Assembly (NCBI RefSeq): GCF_000175255.2
Contig: NC_017262.1
Location: 330,001 to 362,000 of the forward strand
Source: Zymomonas mobilis subsp. mobilis ATCC 10988
GTDB taxonomy: Bacteria; Pseudomonadota; Alphaproteobacteria; Sphingomonadales; Sphingomonadaceae
Length of the DNA stretch: 32,000 bases
Direction of reading: 5' to 3'
Program-made: the position numbers and the translations under genes
Shown here: piece by piece, positions 8,192 to 18,587 of the stretch
Layout: each line of letters begins with the position of its first letter
Numbering within the stretch: the first letter of the stretch is position 1
Notes under the pieces: model-generated
Databases searched by the model: none
What the model saw: the letters and a program-made list of their open reading frames with translations, nothing else
Told to the model about the DNA's origin: nothing

Positions 8192-9139
8192 ATGGAAACC
8201 CGCTCCAATTATATCCTTGTTGGAAGTATTACGCTGATATTGCTGGCACTTATTGCCACAGTTCTGGTCTGGATAGGCCGCGTTTCTGGAACGGAAACGC
8301 ATCAGTATGATATCTTTTTCCATCAATCCGTCGATGGCTTGGCAAAAGGCAGTTCGGTCTCCTATTCCGGCGTTCCTTCCGGTCAGGTGAAAGAAATCAA
8401 GCTGTTACCCAATAACCCTGATTTCGTTCGGGTCAGAATCAGCCTGAATGCCGATACGCCGGTTCTTGAAGGTACAACGGCCACGATCTCTAGCATGGGC
8501 TTTTCCGGTGTCAGCCAGATTACCTTGGCGGGGGGCGTCTCCGGTGCAAAACCAATTGAAAATCACGGACCTTTTGGCGTTCCGGTTATTCCGACAAAAC
8601 CAGGGGCTTTAGGGCAGTTATTGAATAGCGCACCGCAGCTTCTCGAAAGAATTACAACACTGACCGAACGGATGAGCGATCTTCTGAACGATCACAACCA
8701 ACGTTCTATTGCGCGTATATTGGACAATATGAATACGTTATCCGGTAATCTCGCCAATCAATCACCTAAAATGCGGCAAATCATGGATGATGCCCATCAT
8801 GCTTTGGTGAATTTAAGCGATGCGGGTCAACAAATTTCAGAATTAGCCCAGACCACCAATAATACGGTCAAGCAGGACATCCATCCCGCTACGGCACATT
8901 TAAAAGAAACGGTCATGGCTGCTCGTGACAGTATGCAAAATCTGAATGATATGCTTTTGGATGCGCGCCCTGGGGTTCATCATTTCTCAAATGAAACCAT
9001 GCCCCAATTTGATCAGCTTGTGCATGACCTGCATGATATGATTGGCAGTATGTCTTCCTTAACTGACCGCCTTAACCAGACGGGTGCCGAGGGGATGTTA
9101 AAAGGCCAGTCATTGCCCGATTATAAGCCAAAGGATTAG
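8192..9139 (+). CDS. MCE/MlaD-family substrate-binding protein with long helical C-terminus
   Basis: N-terminal TM helix (YILVGSITLILLALIATVLVWI), an MCE-domain-like beta region (GLAKGSSVSYSGVPSGQVKEI) and a long Q/N/L-rich helical tail. Confidence 0.8.
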   Translation: METRSNYILVGSITLILLALIATVLVWIGRVSGTETHQYDIFFHQSVDGLAKGSSVSYSGVPSGQVKEIKLLPNNPDFVRVRISLNADTPVLEGTTATISSMGFSGVSQITLAGGVSGAKPIENHGPFGVPVIPTKPGALGQLLNSAPQLLERITTLTERMSDLLNDHNQRSIARILDNMNTLSGNLANQSPKMRQIMDDAHHALVNLSDAGQQISELAQTTNNTVKQDIHPATAHLKETVMAARDSMQNLNDMLLDARPGVHHFSNETMPQFDQLVHDLHDMIGSMSSLTDRLNQTGAEGMLKGQSLPDYKPKD

Positions 9140-9144
9140 GTATT

Positions 9145-9771
9145 ATGGATTATCGTTATACTTCAGCCTTGATACTGCCTCTGGCGGCGCTTTTGACGGC
9201 GGGATGTGTTAATCTTGGAAATAATAAACCGCCTAAAAATTTGCTTACGCTGACCTCTTCTGCGGCACCGGCAGCTAATAGTGACCTGACACAGAATAAA
9301 CCCCTGTTGTTGGTAGTGCCACCTGCGGTGCCTGCGGAATTAAAGGTAACCCGTATTCCGGTGACAACCAGCCCGACGACGGTTGCCTATTTAACGGATG
9401 GTGTTTGGGTTGATTTACCCTCCCGTCTATTCAGCAATATTTTGTCTACGACCATTGCCAGCCATAATCACTTTATGGTTGTCAATTATCGGGCAGCGAC
9501 GGGTGCCGCTTACCATTTGACGGGCAATTTAACGGCTTTTGGCTTGGATGCGGCACATCATCAAATTGTGGTGAGCTATGATGCCTTTTTACGCGGCAGC
9601 AAAGATCACCGGACAGAAACGGTTACCAGTCGTCATTTTGAAATCAGACAGCCCGCTCAAAAACAAGATGCGGTCAGTGTCGCCAATAATCTGAATACAG
9701 CGGCCAACCAAATGGCTGGGCAAGTGGCAGACTGGTTAGATCAACAACAGGTAACCGCCCCTGCCTCCTGA
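9145..9771 (+). CDS. ABC-type transport auxiliary lipoprotein (DUF330/COG3218-like)
   Basis: Lipobox LLTAGC near the N-terminus. It is the fourth gene of the permease-ATPase-MCE cluster, as in other alphaproteobacteria. The family call rests on context plus size. Confidence 0.6.
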   Translation: MDYRYTSALILPLAALLTAGCVNLGNNKPPKNLLTLTSSAAPAANSDLTQNKPLLLVVPPAVPAELKVTRIPVTTSPTTVAYLTDGVWVDLPSRLFSNILSTTIASHNHFMVVNYRAATGAAYHLTGNLTAFGLDAAHHQIVVSYDAFLRGSKDHRTETVTSRHFEIRQPAQKQDAVSVANNLNTAANQMAGQVADWLDQQQVTAPAS

Positions 9772-9988
9772 AAATAGCTTTTTTGGGATCACGGCTTTCT
9801 TTTTATGCTGTATCACGTTAAGAGCGCGTAAGTCTCGGCAGTTTCGGCTGCCGAAGACGCTTTTACCTGTCGGTATTTTTAGCATTTTTGTGCGTTATCT
9901 TTTGTAAAAGCCTGATGTTAAAAATTCGGCTGAATTTGAAACTTTGGCAGAATTCCATTCTGCTCGTCAAAAATTAAAGAGGCTTCAT

Positions 9989-10207
9989 TTGGCAAAAGAA
10001 GAATTACTCGAAATGCGTGGTCGCGTTGTGGAATTGCTTCCCAATGCGATGTTCCGTGTTCAATTAGAAAATGACCATGAAATTTTGGGTCATACGGCTG
10101 GCAAAATGCGGAAAAATCGCATCCGCGTTCTGGTCGGCGATGAAGTTTTGGTCGAACTGACCCCTTATGATCTGACCAAAGGGCGGATCACCTACCGCTT
10201 TAAATAA
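9989..10207 (+). CDS. infA: translation initiation factor IF-1
   Basis: (L->fM)[71 protein letters not shown] aligns end to end with E. coli IF-1. TTG start at 9989 lies 6 nt after AAAGAGG (9976-9982). The ORF-track start at 9944 is also TTG and would add 15 non-conserved residues. Confidence 0.92.
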
Positions 10208-10212
10208 ATTTT

Positions 10213-10821
10213 ATGGCATCCTCGCTTATTCTTGCTTCTGCCAGTCCTCGTCGGCTGGCATTGCTAGCACGCATCGGTATTAAACCCGAGTTTGTTCTTC
10301 CTGCCGATATTGATGAAACACCGAAAAAAGGTGAACTTCCGCTCGAATATGTCCGGCGGATGGCAACAGAAAAGGCAGAATGGGTAGCCTCCCGCCATTC
10401 GGAATGCCATATTTTGGCGGCGGATACGGTGGTCGCTGCTGGTCGTCGTATTTTGCCCAAAGCAGAAGACGAAAAACAGGCGACATCTTATCTTAAGCTG
10501 TTATCAGGCCGTAGGCATCGAGTGCTAACCGCTGTTGCGATACAAAAAGATGATGCCCCTACGACCGTAAAGGTCTCTTCAAACATCGTTACCTTCAAGT
10601 CTCTTAGTCCTCGGGAAATCGAAGATTACGTCGCCAGCGGCGAATGGCGAGGCAAAGCAGGCGGCTACGCTATTCAGGGTTATGCTGAATCTTTTATCCG
10701 TTTTCTAGCAGGCAGCCATTCTTCAGTGATGGGCTTACCTCTTTACGAGACACGGCATCTCTTGATGAATGCCGGTTGGCCGATTTCGGCATCCTCTTCT
10801 TTCCAAGAAGAATACGCCTAG
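10213..10821 (+). CDS. maf: Maf-family nucleoside-triphosphate pyrophosphatase (septum formation protein)
   Basis: LILASASPRRLALL N-terminus and AGGYAIQG motif. Confidence 0.88.
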   Translation: MASSLILASASPRRLALLARIGIKPEFVLPADIDETPKKGELPLEYVRRMATEKAEWVASRHSECHILAADTVVAAGRRILPKAEDEKQATSYLKLLSGRRHRVLTAVAIQKDDAPTTVKVSSNIVTFKSLSPREIEDYVASGEWRGKAGGYAIQGYAESFIRFLAGSHSSVMGLPLYETRHLLMNAGWPISASSSFQEEYA

Positions 10822-11835
10822 ATGCCTTCCTATGAATGGTTGATTGAAAAGGGTATCGGCGAAACCCGTGCTGCTCTCTTGGCTGATGACTCTATTATTC
10901 AGGCAAGGATCGAAACGGACAGTTCTGCATTGCGAGCGGGCAGCATTATAGACGTCCGCTTATCTGATTCCGCCAATGCTACAGGGCGAACATTAGCAAC
11001 AACGGATAAGGGCGATTCTGTCTGGGTTGCCTCAGTGCCGCGCGCTCTGACGCAAGGTAGTCTGCTGCGGGTTGAAATTATCCGCGAAGCCGTAACCGAA
11101 CGCGGTATTATCAAACCGCCTCACGCCCGCCCTGCGCTTCCAGATGCCCTTCCCCAAGAGGGGGCTTCCCTCGAAATGCGGGTTAAGGCCAGTGGCTATC
11201 CTGTCAGTTATCAGCAAAATCATCAGCCTGACCGGCTAGAAAAATTGGGCTGGTCAGAAGTTATCGAACAAGCGCGCTGCGGTGATATTGATTTCCCCGG
11301 TGGTCGTTTGCGTATGGCGTTAACGCCTGCCCTTACCCTTTTCGATATTGACGGTCATCTTGGGTCGCTGGATTTGGCTTTAAAAGGCACAGAAGCTACC
11401 GCCAAAGCCATTACCCTTTTTGGTATTGGTGGCTCAATCGGCATTGATATTCCTGGATTATCCGGAAAATCAGACCGACAAAAGGTAGCCGAATGTCTTG
11501 ATCAGCATTTACCTCCGCCTTTTGAACGCACGGGTGTTAATGGTTTCGGTTTTTTGCAAATTATAAGACAGAAAAAACGGCCATCTTTACCCGAACAGAT
11601 TGCCGCTTATCCGATCGAGCATGAAGCACGCCAATTATTACGGCAGGCTTGCCGCGCGAAAGGTGCTGGGAAACGGATTTTAACCGCTTCTCATTTTGTT
11701 ATAGACTGCCTTAATCGCCATCCTGACTGGCTGGAAGCCTTGGCACGGGAAAGTGCTGCCGAAATTATCTTGAAAGCAGATCCCATGCGCCCAATCTATC
11801 AAGGTGATGTCGCCGTTGAATTTCCGGCCTTCTAA
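10822..11835 (+). CDS. short RNase E/G-family protein
   Basis: 337 aa. The N-terminus GETRAALLADDSIIQARIE resembles the RNase G S1-like start, and LTLFDIDG resembles the catalytic-region motif. It sits in the infA-maf-rng-like-yacG arrangement conserved in alphaproteobacteria (from memory). Confidence 0.6.
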   Translation: MPSYEWLIEKGIGETRAALLADDSIIQARIETDSSALRAGSIIDVRLSDSANATGRTLATTDKGDSVWVASVPRALTQGSLLRVEIIREAVTERGIIKPPHARPALPDALPQEGASLEMRVKASGYPVSYQQNHQPDRLEKLGWSEVIEQARCGDIDFPGGRLRMALTPALTLFDIDGHLGSLDLALKGTEATAKAITLFGIGGSIGIDIPGLSGKSDRQKVAECLDQHLPPPFERTGVNGFGFLQIIRQKKRPSLPEQIAAYPIEHEARQLLRQACRAKGAGKRILTASHFVIDCLNRHPDWLEALARESAAEIILKADPMRPIYQGDVAVEFPAF

Positions 11836-11851
11836 TCTCTGCTATCGAAAG

Positions 11852-12043
11852 ATGACCATGCCATCAGCAACCAGAAAAAACGCCCATAAAGGTAAATGCC
11901 CAATATGTGGCGCGCCGACCAAAGCTGAATTTAGACCTTTTTGCAGCCGTGGCTGCCGTGATCGGGATTTGCTTAATTGGCTAGGGGATGCCTACCGTTT
12001 GCCAGTGAAAGATTTACAAGCTGAAGATGACGAATTTGATTAA
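11852..12043 (+). CDS. yacG: DNA gyrase inhibitor YacG (zinc finger)
   Basis: CPICGAPT...FRPFCSRGCRDRDLLNWL matches the YacG zinc-ribbon. ATG 11852 is preferred over the ORF-track start 11804, which overlaps the previous gene. Confidence 0.85.
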   Translation: MTMPSATRKNAHKGKCPICGAPTKAEFRPFCSRGCRDRDLLNWLGDAYRLPVKDLQAEDDEFD

Positions 12044-12135
12044 ATTATTAAATATATAAGAAAAAAGAAAAAATATACTGGACAAGACCCGAATACATTC
12101 TTATACGCCCACCCAGACGAGAGAAAAACTCTCAA

Positions 12136-12211
12136 GCCCAGGTAGCTCAGTCGGTAGAGCATGTGACTGAAAATCACAGTGTCGGCGGTTCGATTCCGTC
12201 CCTGGGCACCA
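12136..12211 (+). tRNA. tRNA-Phe (anticodon GAA), CCA encoded
   Basis: Folded by hand. Acceptor GCCCAGG/CCTGGGC, D-arm GCTC/GAGC, anticodon stem TGTGA/TCACA with loop CTGAAAA, T-arm GGCGG/CCGTC with TTCGATT, discriminator A, then CCA. Confidence 0.95.
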
Positions 12212-12263
12212 CTCACATTCCCTAAAAATTTATCTGAAATACAAACTGCTCTTCATGCGCAGA

Positions 12264-12719
12264 TTATTTTTCTATTTCAGGAAAAAGACTTCCCTGCACA
12301 TCCTCTGCTTTAGATTTGCGTTTCTTCAGCAAGCTGGGCGTAGCGGCCTTCGTTTTTTTAGGCGGCACTTCTTTTTGTAAATCCAGCCAATGCGCAATTA
12401 CGTCAAGAATATAGGCCTGTTCCTCTTGGCTAAGGGATTTACCCGCTTCAATTCTGTGCCATTTCTCGATACAGCCCCGACAACAGGTTCCGGTAGCATG
12501 TTGTGCCAAAAAGATGGGATGCCCCTTATAAGGCGTCTGCTTGCCATCATTCGGTATTTCCGCCGGAGCTAATCTCTGGGCAATAAAATCCTTGCCATGC
12601 TCCAGAATGGTTTCCATCCCCTTATTCGCTAAATATTGCTGTTCTTGAACACCAAGGCGAAAACGACGACGGAAAGAAGAGCGACTTAAACGCTCGAATA
12701 ACACATCCAAATTTGCCAT
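12264..12719 (-). CDS. DUF4186-family protein (CxxC motif, Lys-rich tail)
   Basis: MANLDVLFERLSRSSFRRRFRLG...GKQTPYKGHPIFLAQHATGTCCRGCIEKWH matches my memory of DUF4186. An upstream in-frame ATG at 12785 would add 22 hydrophobic residues, so the start is unresolved. Confidence 0.65.
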   Translation of the reverse strand: MANLDVLFERLSRSSFRRRFRLGVQEQQYLANKGMETILEHGKDFIAQRLAPAEIPNDGKQTPYKGHPIFLAQHATGTCCRGCIEKWHRIEAGKSLSQEEQAYILDVIAHWLDLQKEVPPKKTKAATPSLLKKRKSKAEDVQGSLFPEIEK

Positions 12720-12819
12720 TTCGGAATAATAGCACCGACATTCTTTGATGCCGAGAAATAAAAAGGCCAGAAGTCCAAATGACATCCGACCTTTTTATTA
12801 AAAATAGGCATGGTTTTTA

Positions 12820-13608
12820 TTAGGCAGAGGGATTCTGCTCATTTTCTGGCAATGGTGGAATCCGACCTAAAATAGCCTGCCGCTGGAAGATATCCTGCAC
12901 CAGACTCAAAGACATCAGATGTGCATAAACCAAGGGAAGCAGGCCAAATTTAACCATTTTCCGCAGAACATCGCCGCGAAGCTCTTTCAAGCGTTCTTCA
13001 GACACGATTTGGAAGCTGCGGTACACATAAGGCTTTGAGGCGTCATTGGGCTGGATAGCCACTTCACCATCAATCAACAGCTTATGTTCCATCAATTCGG
13101 CGACAAAATCATTGGTTCTTTGGGCTGAAATGGCAAATTGTTCACAAAAGCCCAAAATGTTTTTGGTAAATTCGCTTGGCTCGTCACCCTCAAAAAGGGG
13201 TTCACCATCCTCGAATTCTCCCACCATGCCACGGCTAGGATCAACACAAAGCGACATATCTTCGCTTTTAGGATCAATCTTGGCCAACATGAAAGGATAA
13301 CGGCGGATATAGGCCGGTAAATAAATATGACTTTCCCGACAATTGCCTTCTTCATCAAAGAAAACATTGACCCCGTCATTAAGTCCCATCAAAGCCAAAG
13401 GCACTGGATTTGGACCCGATGAAAAAACAATCGGGAAATTGCGTTGAGCCATGCCGAATTCTTCGACAGCTAACGGAATGGCGTGGATTTCCGACATAAA
13501 AGGCAGCTTGTCCTGCAAGCGGAAACGCCAATTTTTATGATCGTGACGGGAAATCGGGATAAGTTCGTTATAAAGAACCGGCAAAGCGTTAGTCGGCCTC
13601 GAAGCCAT
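12820..13608 (-). CDS. SapC-family protein
   Basis: L(I)PISRHDHKNWRF...FPIVF...IYLPAYIRRYPF resembles SapC-family proteins of Sphingomonadales and Xanthomonadales. ATG 13608, downstream of AGGAG, is preferred over TTG 13635. Confidence 0.65.
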   Translation of the reverse strand: MASRPTNALPVLYNELIPISRHDHKNWRFRLQDKLPFMSEIHAIPLAVEEFGMAQRNFPIVFSSGPNPVPLALMGLNDGVNVFFDEEGNCRESHIYLPAYIRRYPFMLAKIDPKSEDMSLCVDPSRGMVGEFEDGEPLFEGDEPSEFTKNILGFCEQFAISAQRTNDFVAELMEHKLLIDGEVAIQPNDASKPYVYRSFQIVSEERLKELRGDVLRKMVKFGLLPLVYAHLMSLSLVQDIFQRQAILGRIPPLPENEQNPSA

Positions 13609-13746
13609 TCGTTTTCTGCTCCTGTAATGATACAAATATCGGTTAAAGAAGAAAGCTTACAACATATAAAGGATAATGGCTGAAAATTATAAAAATATTT
13701 GATCCCATGATAAAGATATATACCGGATGTGACTTTTTATAATGTC

Positions 13747-15192
13747 TTACTCTGCTTGTTCGACAGGTAATAATTTGCCGGGATTCATAATAGATTGCGG
13801 ATCTATCGCCTTTTTGATCGCCTTCAAGGCCTGTATTTTTGTTTTATTTCCGAAACGCATAAAATCAGCTAATTTTGTTTGCCCAATGCCATGCTCGGCT
13901 GAAATCGCACCCCCATTGGCCATAACTCTCTCGTAAACAAAATGAGAAACGGCGATACCTTCATTTTCGACCCATCCCAGCTGATCAGTAACCTCTTTCG
14001 GGGGGCAAACATTAAAATGGACATTACCATCCCCCAAATGTCCAAAAGCTAACACCGTAGTTCCGGGGAATTTTTCCTGAATAGCGCGGCTCTCCTGCTC
14101 AATAAAGGACGGCATCGCACTAACCGGCACAGAAATATCGTGTTTTACAGCAAAACCTTCCGATCTCTCCGCTAAAGGAATCGTTTCCCGCAAGCGCCAC
14201 AGCTTTCCGGCTTGGGTTTCATTCTGGGCAATGACCGCTTCCAAAATTTCTTTCTTTTCAGTGGCATCGGCCAGAATATTCACCATCAAGGCTTCCAAAT
14301 CGAAATCTTCTGAAAAGGCCGTTGCTTCTATGAGAACATACCAAGGATAGGCTTTTTCAGTTGGAATTTCGGTATCGGGAATATGTTTTAGAACCAGTTC
14401 AATAAGGCTGGATTCTATCAATTCGAAAACTTCGACGGTCTCCCCGCTTTCTTTTTCCAAATGGCGCAACAAAGCCAGCGCAGCAGACGGCGATTCTACG
14501 CCTACCCAGATCACTATTTTTGAATGCGGTTTAGGAATTAAGCGAAGACTGGCAGCGGTAATAACCCCCAGACTCCCTTCGGCTCCAGCCAATAGCTGGC
14601 GCAAATCATAGCCTTGATTATCTTTTCGTAACGGACGCAGGTTTTCTAACAGAGAGCCATCAGGGAAAACGACCTCTATCCCCAGAACAGAAGCCCGCAT
14701 TTGACCAAAGCGCAAAACATGTGAGCCTCCCGCATTGGTCGAGATCAGCCCCCCGATAGTCGCCATATCTTTTGAAGCGATATTGAGAGGAAAACGTAGA
14801 TTATGTTTATCGGCAGCTTCATGAAGCGCGGACAAGATCACGCCGGCCTCAACCGTCGCACAGCTTTCTTCTGGCGAAATAGCACGGATAGCGTTTAATC
14901 TTTTGGTTGATAGTAAAAGAGCAGCCCCATCCTTTGATGGCGTGGCACCCCCTACCGTAGAACTATTGCCTCCCTGTGGCACTACAGCGACTTTTGCTTC
15001 GCTGGCCATTTTCATAATCGCAACAACCTCTTGGGTTGAAGCCGGAGAAAGAAGGGCGGCGGCCTCTCCTTTCAATTTGCCCCGCCAGTCTTCCAGATAA
15101 GGTGCCATCACTACAGGATCTTGTGTAAATCCTTTGGGACCCAGCAATGCTTTTAATGCATCAAGCAAAGCCTTTTCTGGCTGACGGGACAT
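13747..15192 (-). CDS. FAD-linked oxidase (GlcD / D-2-hydroxyacid dehydrogenase family)
   Basis: 481 aa with an FAD-binding PCMH-type N-terminal half (VVPQGGNSSTVGGATP) and C-terminal ISAEHGIG. ATG start with GGAGA SD. Confidence 0.85.
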   Translation of the reverse strand: MSRQPEKALLDALKALLGPKGFTQDPVVMAPYLEDWRGKLKGEAAALLSPASTQEVVAIMKMASEAKVAVVPQGGNSSTVGGATPSKDGAALLLSTKRLNAIRAISPEESCATVEAGVILSALHEAADKHNLRFPLNIASKDMATIGGLISTNAGGSHVLRFGQMRASVLGIEVVFPDGSLLENLRPLRKDNQGYDLRQLLAGAEGSLGVITAASLRLIPKPHSKIVIWVGVESPSAALALLRHLEKESGETVEVFELIESSLIELVLKHIPDTEIPTEKAYPWYVLIEATAFSEDFDLEALMVNILADATEKKEILEAVIAQNETQAGKLWRLRETIPLAERSEGFAVKHDISVPVSAMPSFIEQESRAIQEKFPGTTVLAFGHLGDGNVHFNVCPPKEVTDQLGWVENEGIAVSHFVYERVMANGGAISAEHGIGQTKLADFMRFGNKTKIQALKAIKKAIDPQSIMNPGKLLPVEQAE

Positions 15193-15317
15193 AGCAAATC
15201 TCCATGAAATACCCTTTTAAGAGATTCTTATAAGACTCCCTTTTAAAACAGGTAACTTCAATTTTTTCTCGTGACAATTTAACATTATAGTTTAAAAATT
15301 TTCTATAAAATGAAATT

Positions 15318-16181
15318 TTATTTATCAAATGTCAAGCATTGAAGCTGATCTGTTTCGATCATCTCGGTAATGCCATCAAGCTGTAGGCAGTTCGGAGATT
15401 GGCGCGAGAAAGGACTCTGCAAATCCCGACCCAGACGATTCAGAATGAAGAGAAGGAAACCCACAATCGTTGTCGCCAAAGGCGTGGCCAGCCCCAAGGT
15501 ATCAACCGCACTAATCGGCAAAACGACACAGAAAAATTCAATGAACAACATCGGAAAGATGGTATATTGATAAGGCAAAGGCGTAGATTTTATTTTCTCC
15601 ATACCCCCTTGCGCATGGGCAATCGCGGTCATCGTATTTTCAAGCATTTGTAGCTTGATACTATCGATATTTTCTTTTTCAGCTATCACTGAAATCTGTT
15701 TTCCGGTTTCTGCCAAGATAAGATTAGGGACATTATTACCCTCTCTTAACTTTTCGCATTCTTCAGCGGATAAAAATCTTTTAATGTCTTCTTTCGGGCT
15801 AATATCAAATAACCGGCACCGCAAAGCATGGACATACGCAATATGGCGATGGACTAATTGCTTTTGCTGCTCTCTATCTCGAAATACCATCAAGACTTCA
15901 CGGGAAAAATTACGGGAGTTATTATTCATCAATCCCCATAATCCGCGCGCATCCCACCAACGTGCATAGGCACTATTGGTTGAAAAACCGATAAATAAAA
16001 TAAGCGCAGAACCCAAAACGGTCGTTGGTGCAGTTGGCACCTCCATCCATAAAGGCCATTCGGGATTATAGACATAAAGAGCCGTAACCAGAATATCCCA
16101 AGCCAGCAAAATCCAAAGTGAGGCGCCGACATAAGAAAAGACGTCTTTGGTGCGACTGATTCGTCCACGGATAGGGGACAC
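15318..16181 (-). CDS. bestrophin-family (UPF0187/YneE) anion channel
   Basis: 287 aa with TM helices and the characteristic NSAYARWWDARGLWG segment. GTG start 5 nt after AGGAG. Confidence 0.8.
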   Translation of the reverse strand: MSPIRGRISRTKDVFSYVGASLWILLAWDILVTALYVYNPEWPLWMEVPTAPTTVLGSALILFIGFSTNSAYARWWDARGLWGLMNNNSRNFSREVLMVFRDREQQKQLVHRHIAYVHALRCRLFDISPKEDIKRFLSAEECEKLREGNNVPNLILAETGKQISVIAEKENIDSIKLQMLENTMTAIAHAQGGMEKIKSTPLPYQYTIFPMLFIEFFCVVLPISAVDTLGLATPLATTIVGFLLFILNRLGRDLQSPFSRQSPNCLQLDGITEMIETDQLQCLTFDK

Positions 16182-16302
16182 AGATTCTCCTTTAATTTAA
16201 AACAATCATAACGCCCTAGGCGCTAAAAAGATGCAGGATGAGGGCATGAAAAGGCAAAATATTTCACCTTTTCAAAACTCACCCCATAAGGCTAAGGCCT
16301 GA

Positions 16303-17408
16303 TTAGTATAAAGCCTGCCAGACAGTCAGCGCTTGCGCCGTATCTCTGACATCATGGACGCGCAATAATTGGACACCCTGATCGGCCGCATGAAGCGCAA
16401 TCGCCAAAGAGCCGCCCAATCTTTCTTGAGGATGGGTGTCACCTGCAAAGGTAATAATCAGTTTTTTACGACTTGCCCCCAGCATCAAGGGACACCCCAA
16501 ACCGTGGAACAAGGCAATGCCACGGATCAAGGCAAGATTATCCTGAAAACTTTTACCAAAACCGATACCGGGATCAATAATGATCCGGTCACGGCTAATA
16601 CCGGCCGCTTCCGCAACCTCTATACGCTTTTCGAGCCAGTTATAAACCTCGATCAGAATTTTTTTAGAAGACCCTTCATGGATTGAGCCTTCTTCATGAT
16701 GCATCAAAATGACAGGATAAGATTTTTCTGCTGCGACAAAGAGAGAATTTTTGTCCCAACTCAAAGCAGATACATCATTAAAAATAGCCGGGGTCTGTTC
16801 CCATACAGCGGAAATCACCGAGGATTTCCGGGTATCAACCGATATCGGGAGAGAAGCTTCTTTCAGCTTCTCAATCACCGGCATGACCCGCAATTTTTCT
16901 TCTTCTTCTGATACGGCTTCGGCTCCGGGACGGGTAGATTCGCCGCCGATATCAATCAAAGATGCGCCCTGATCCATCATCGCCTTGGCCATGTCACAGG
17001 CCGCATCAACGTTATCTTGATATAAACCGCCATCTGAAAAACTGTCAGGCGTCACATTTAAAATACCGACAATATGGGTATGGTCTAACCGGATCTGGCT
17101 TTTACCTAATTGGATAGCTGCTCTTGGTGCCACAATCCTTGAAATGGTTCTATAGGCATCCAACTGCATTTCTGTTGAAAGGCTGTTCAAAAAGCTATTG
17201 ATATCCGCAACAGAAATCACCCGTTCTTGAACAATTTCGCCTTTTGAAACCATGATAACGGAAAAAGCGCCAAACCATTTCAAGCCTCCAGCCAAACGAA
17301 ATGTTGCACCCGAAGGCGCCATCGGTGCATTCACAAAGGCGGTCGGACAAAAATAAAGACGGATATCGGTCATTTCAGGTACTGAAACATTTTGGTTATA
17401 AAAAGACA

Positions 17409-17409
<1 letters not shown>
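16303..17409 (-). CDS. folP: dihydropteroate synthase with about 95-aa N-terminal extension
   Basis: The pterin-binding domain starts at IVGILNVTPDSFSDGG, followed by DIGGESTRPG and GASRK. ATG 17409 shares one base with the ccrM stop (TGATG). Confidence 0.88.

Positions 17410-18587
<1,178 letters not shown>

Noticed and set aside
12136-13700. Genomic island integrated at tRNA-Phe.
   Set aside because: There is no integrase or recombinase and no direct repeat of the tRNA 3' end in the window. Neighbouring genes look compositionally similar to the rest.
16231-16302. 23-codon plus-strand ORF (MQDEGMKRQNISPFQNSPHKAKA) in the bestrophin-folP spacer.
   Set aside because: It has no SD, is antisense to the bestrophin 5' leader, and is of a size expected by chance.
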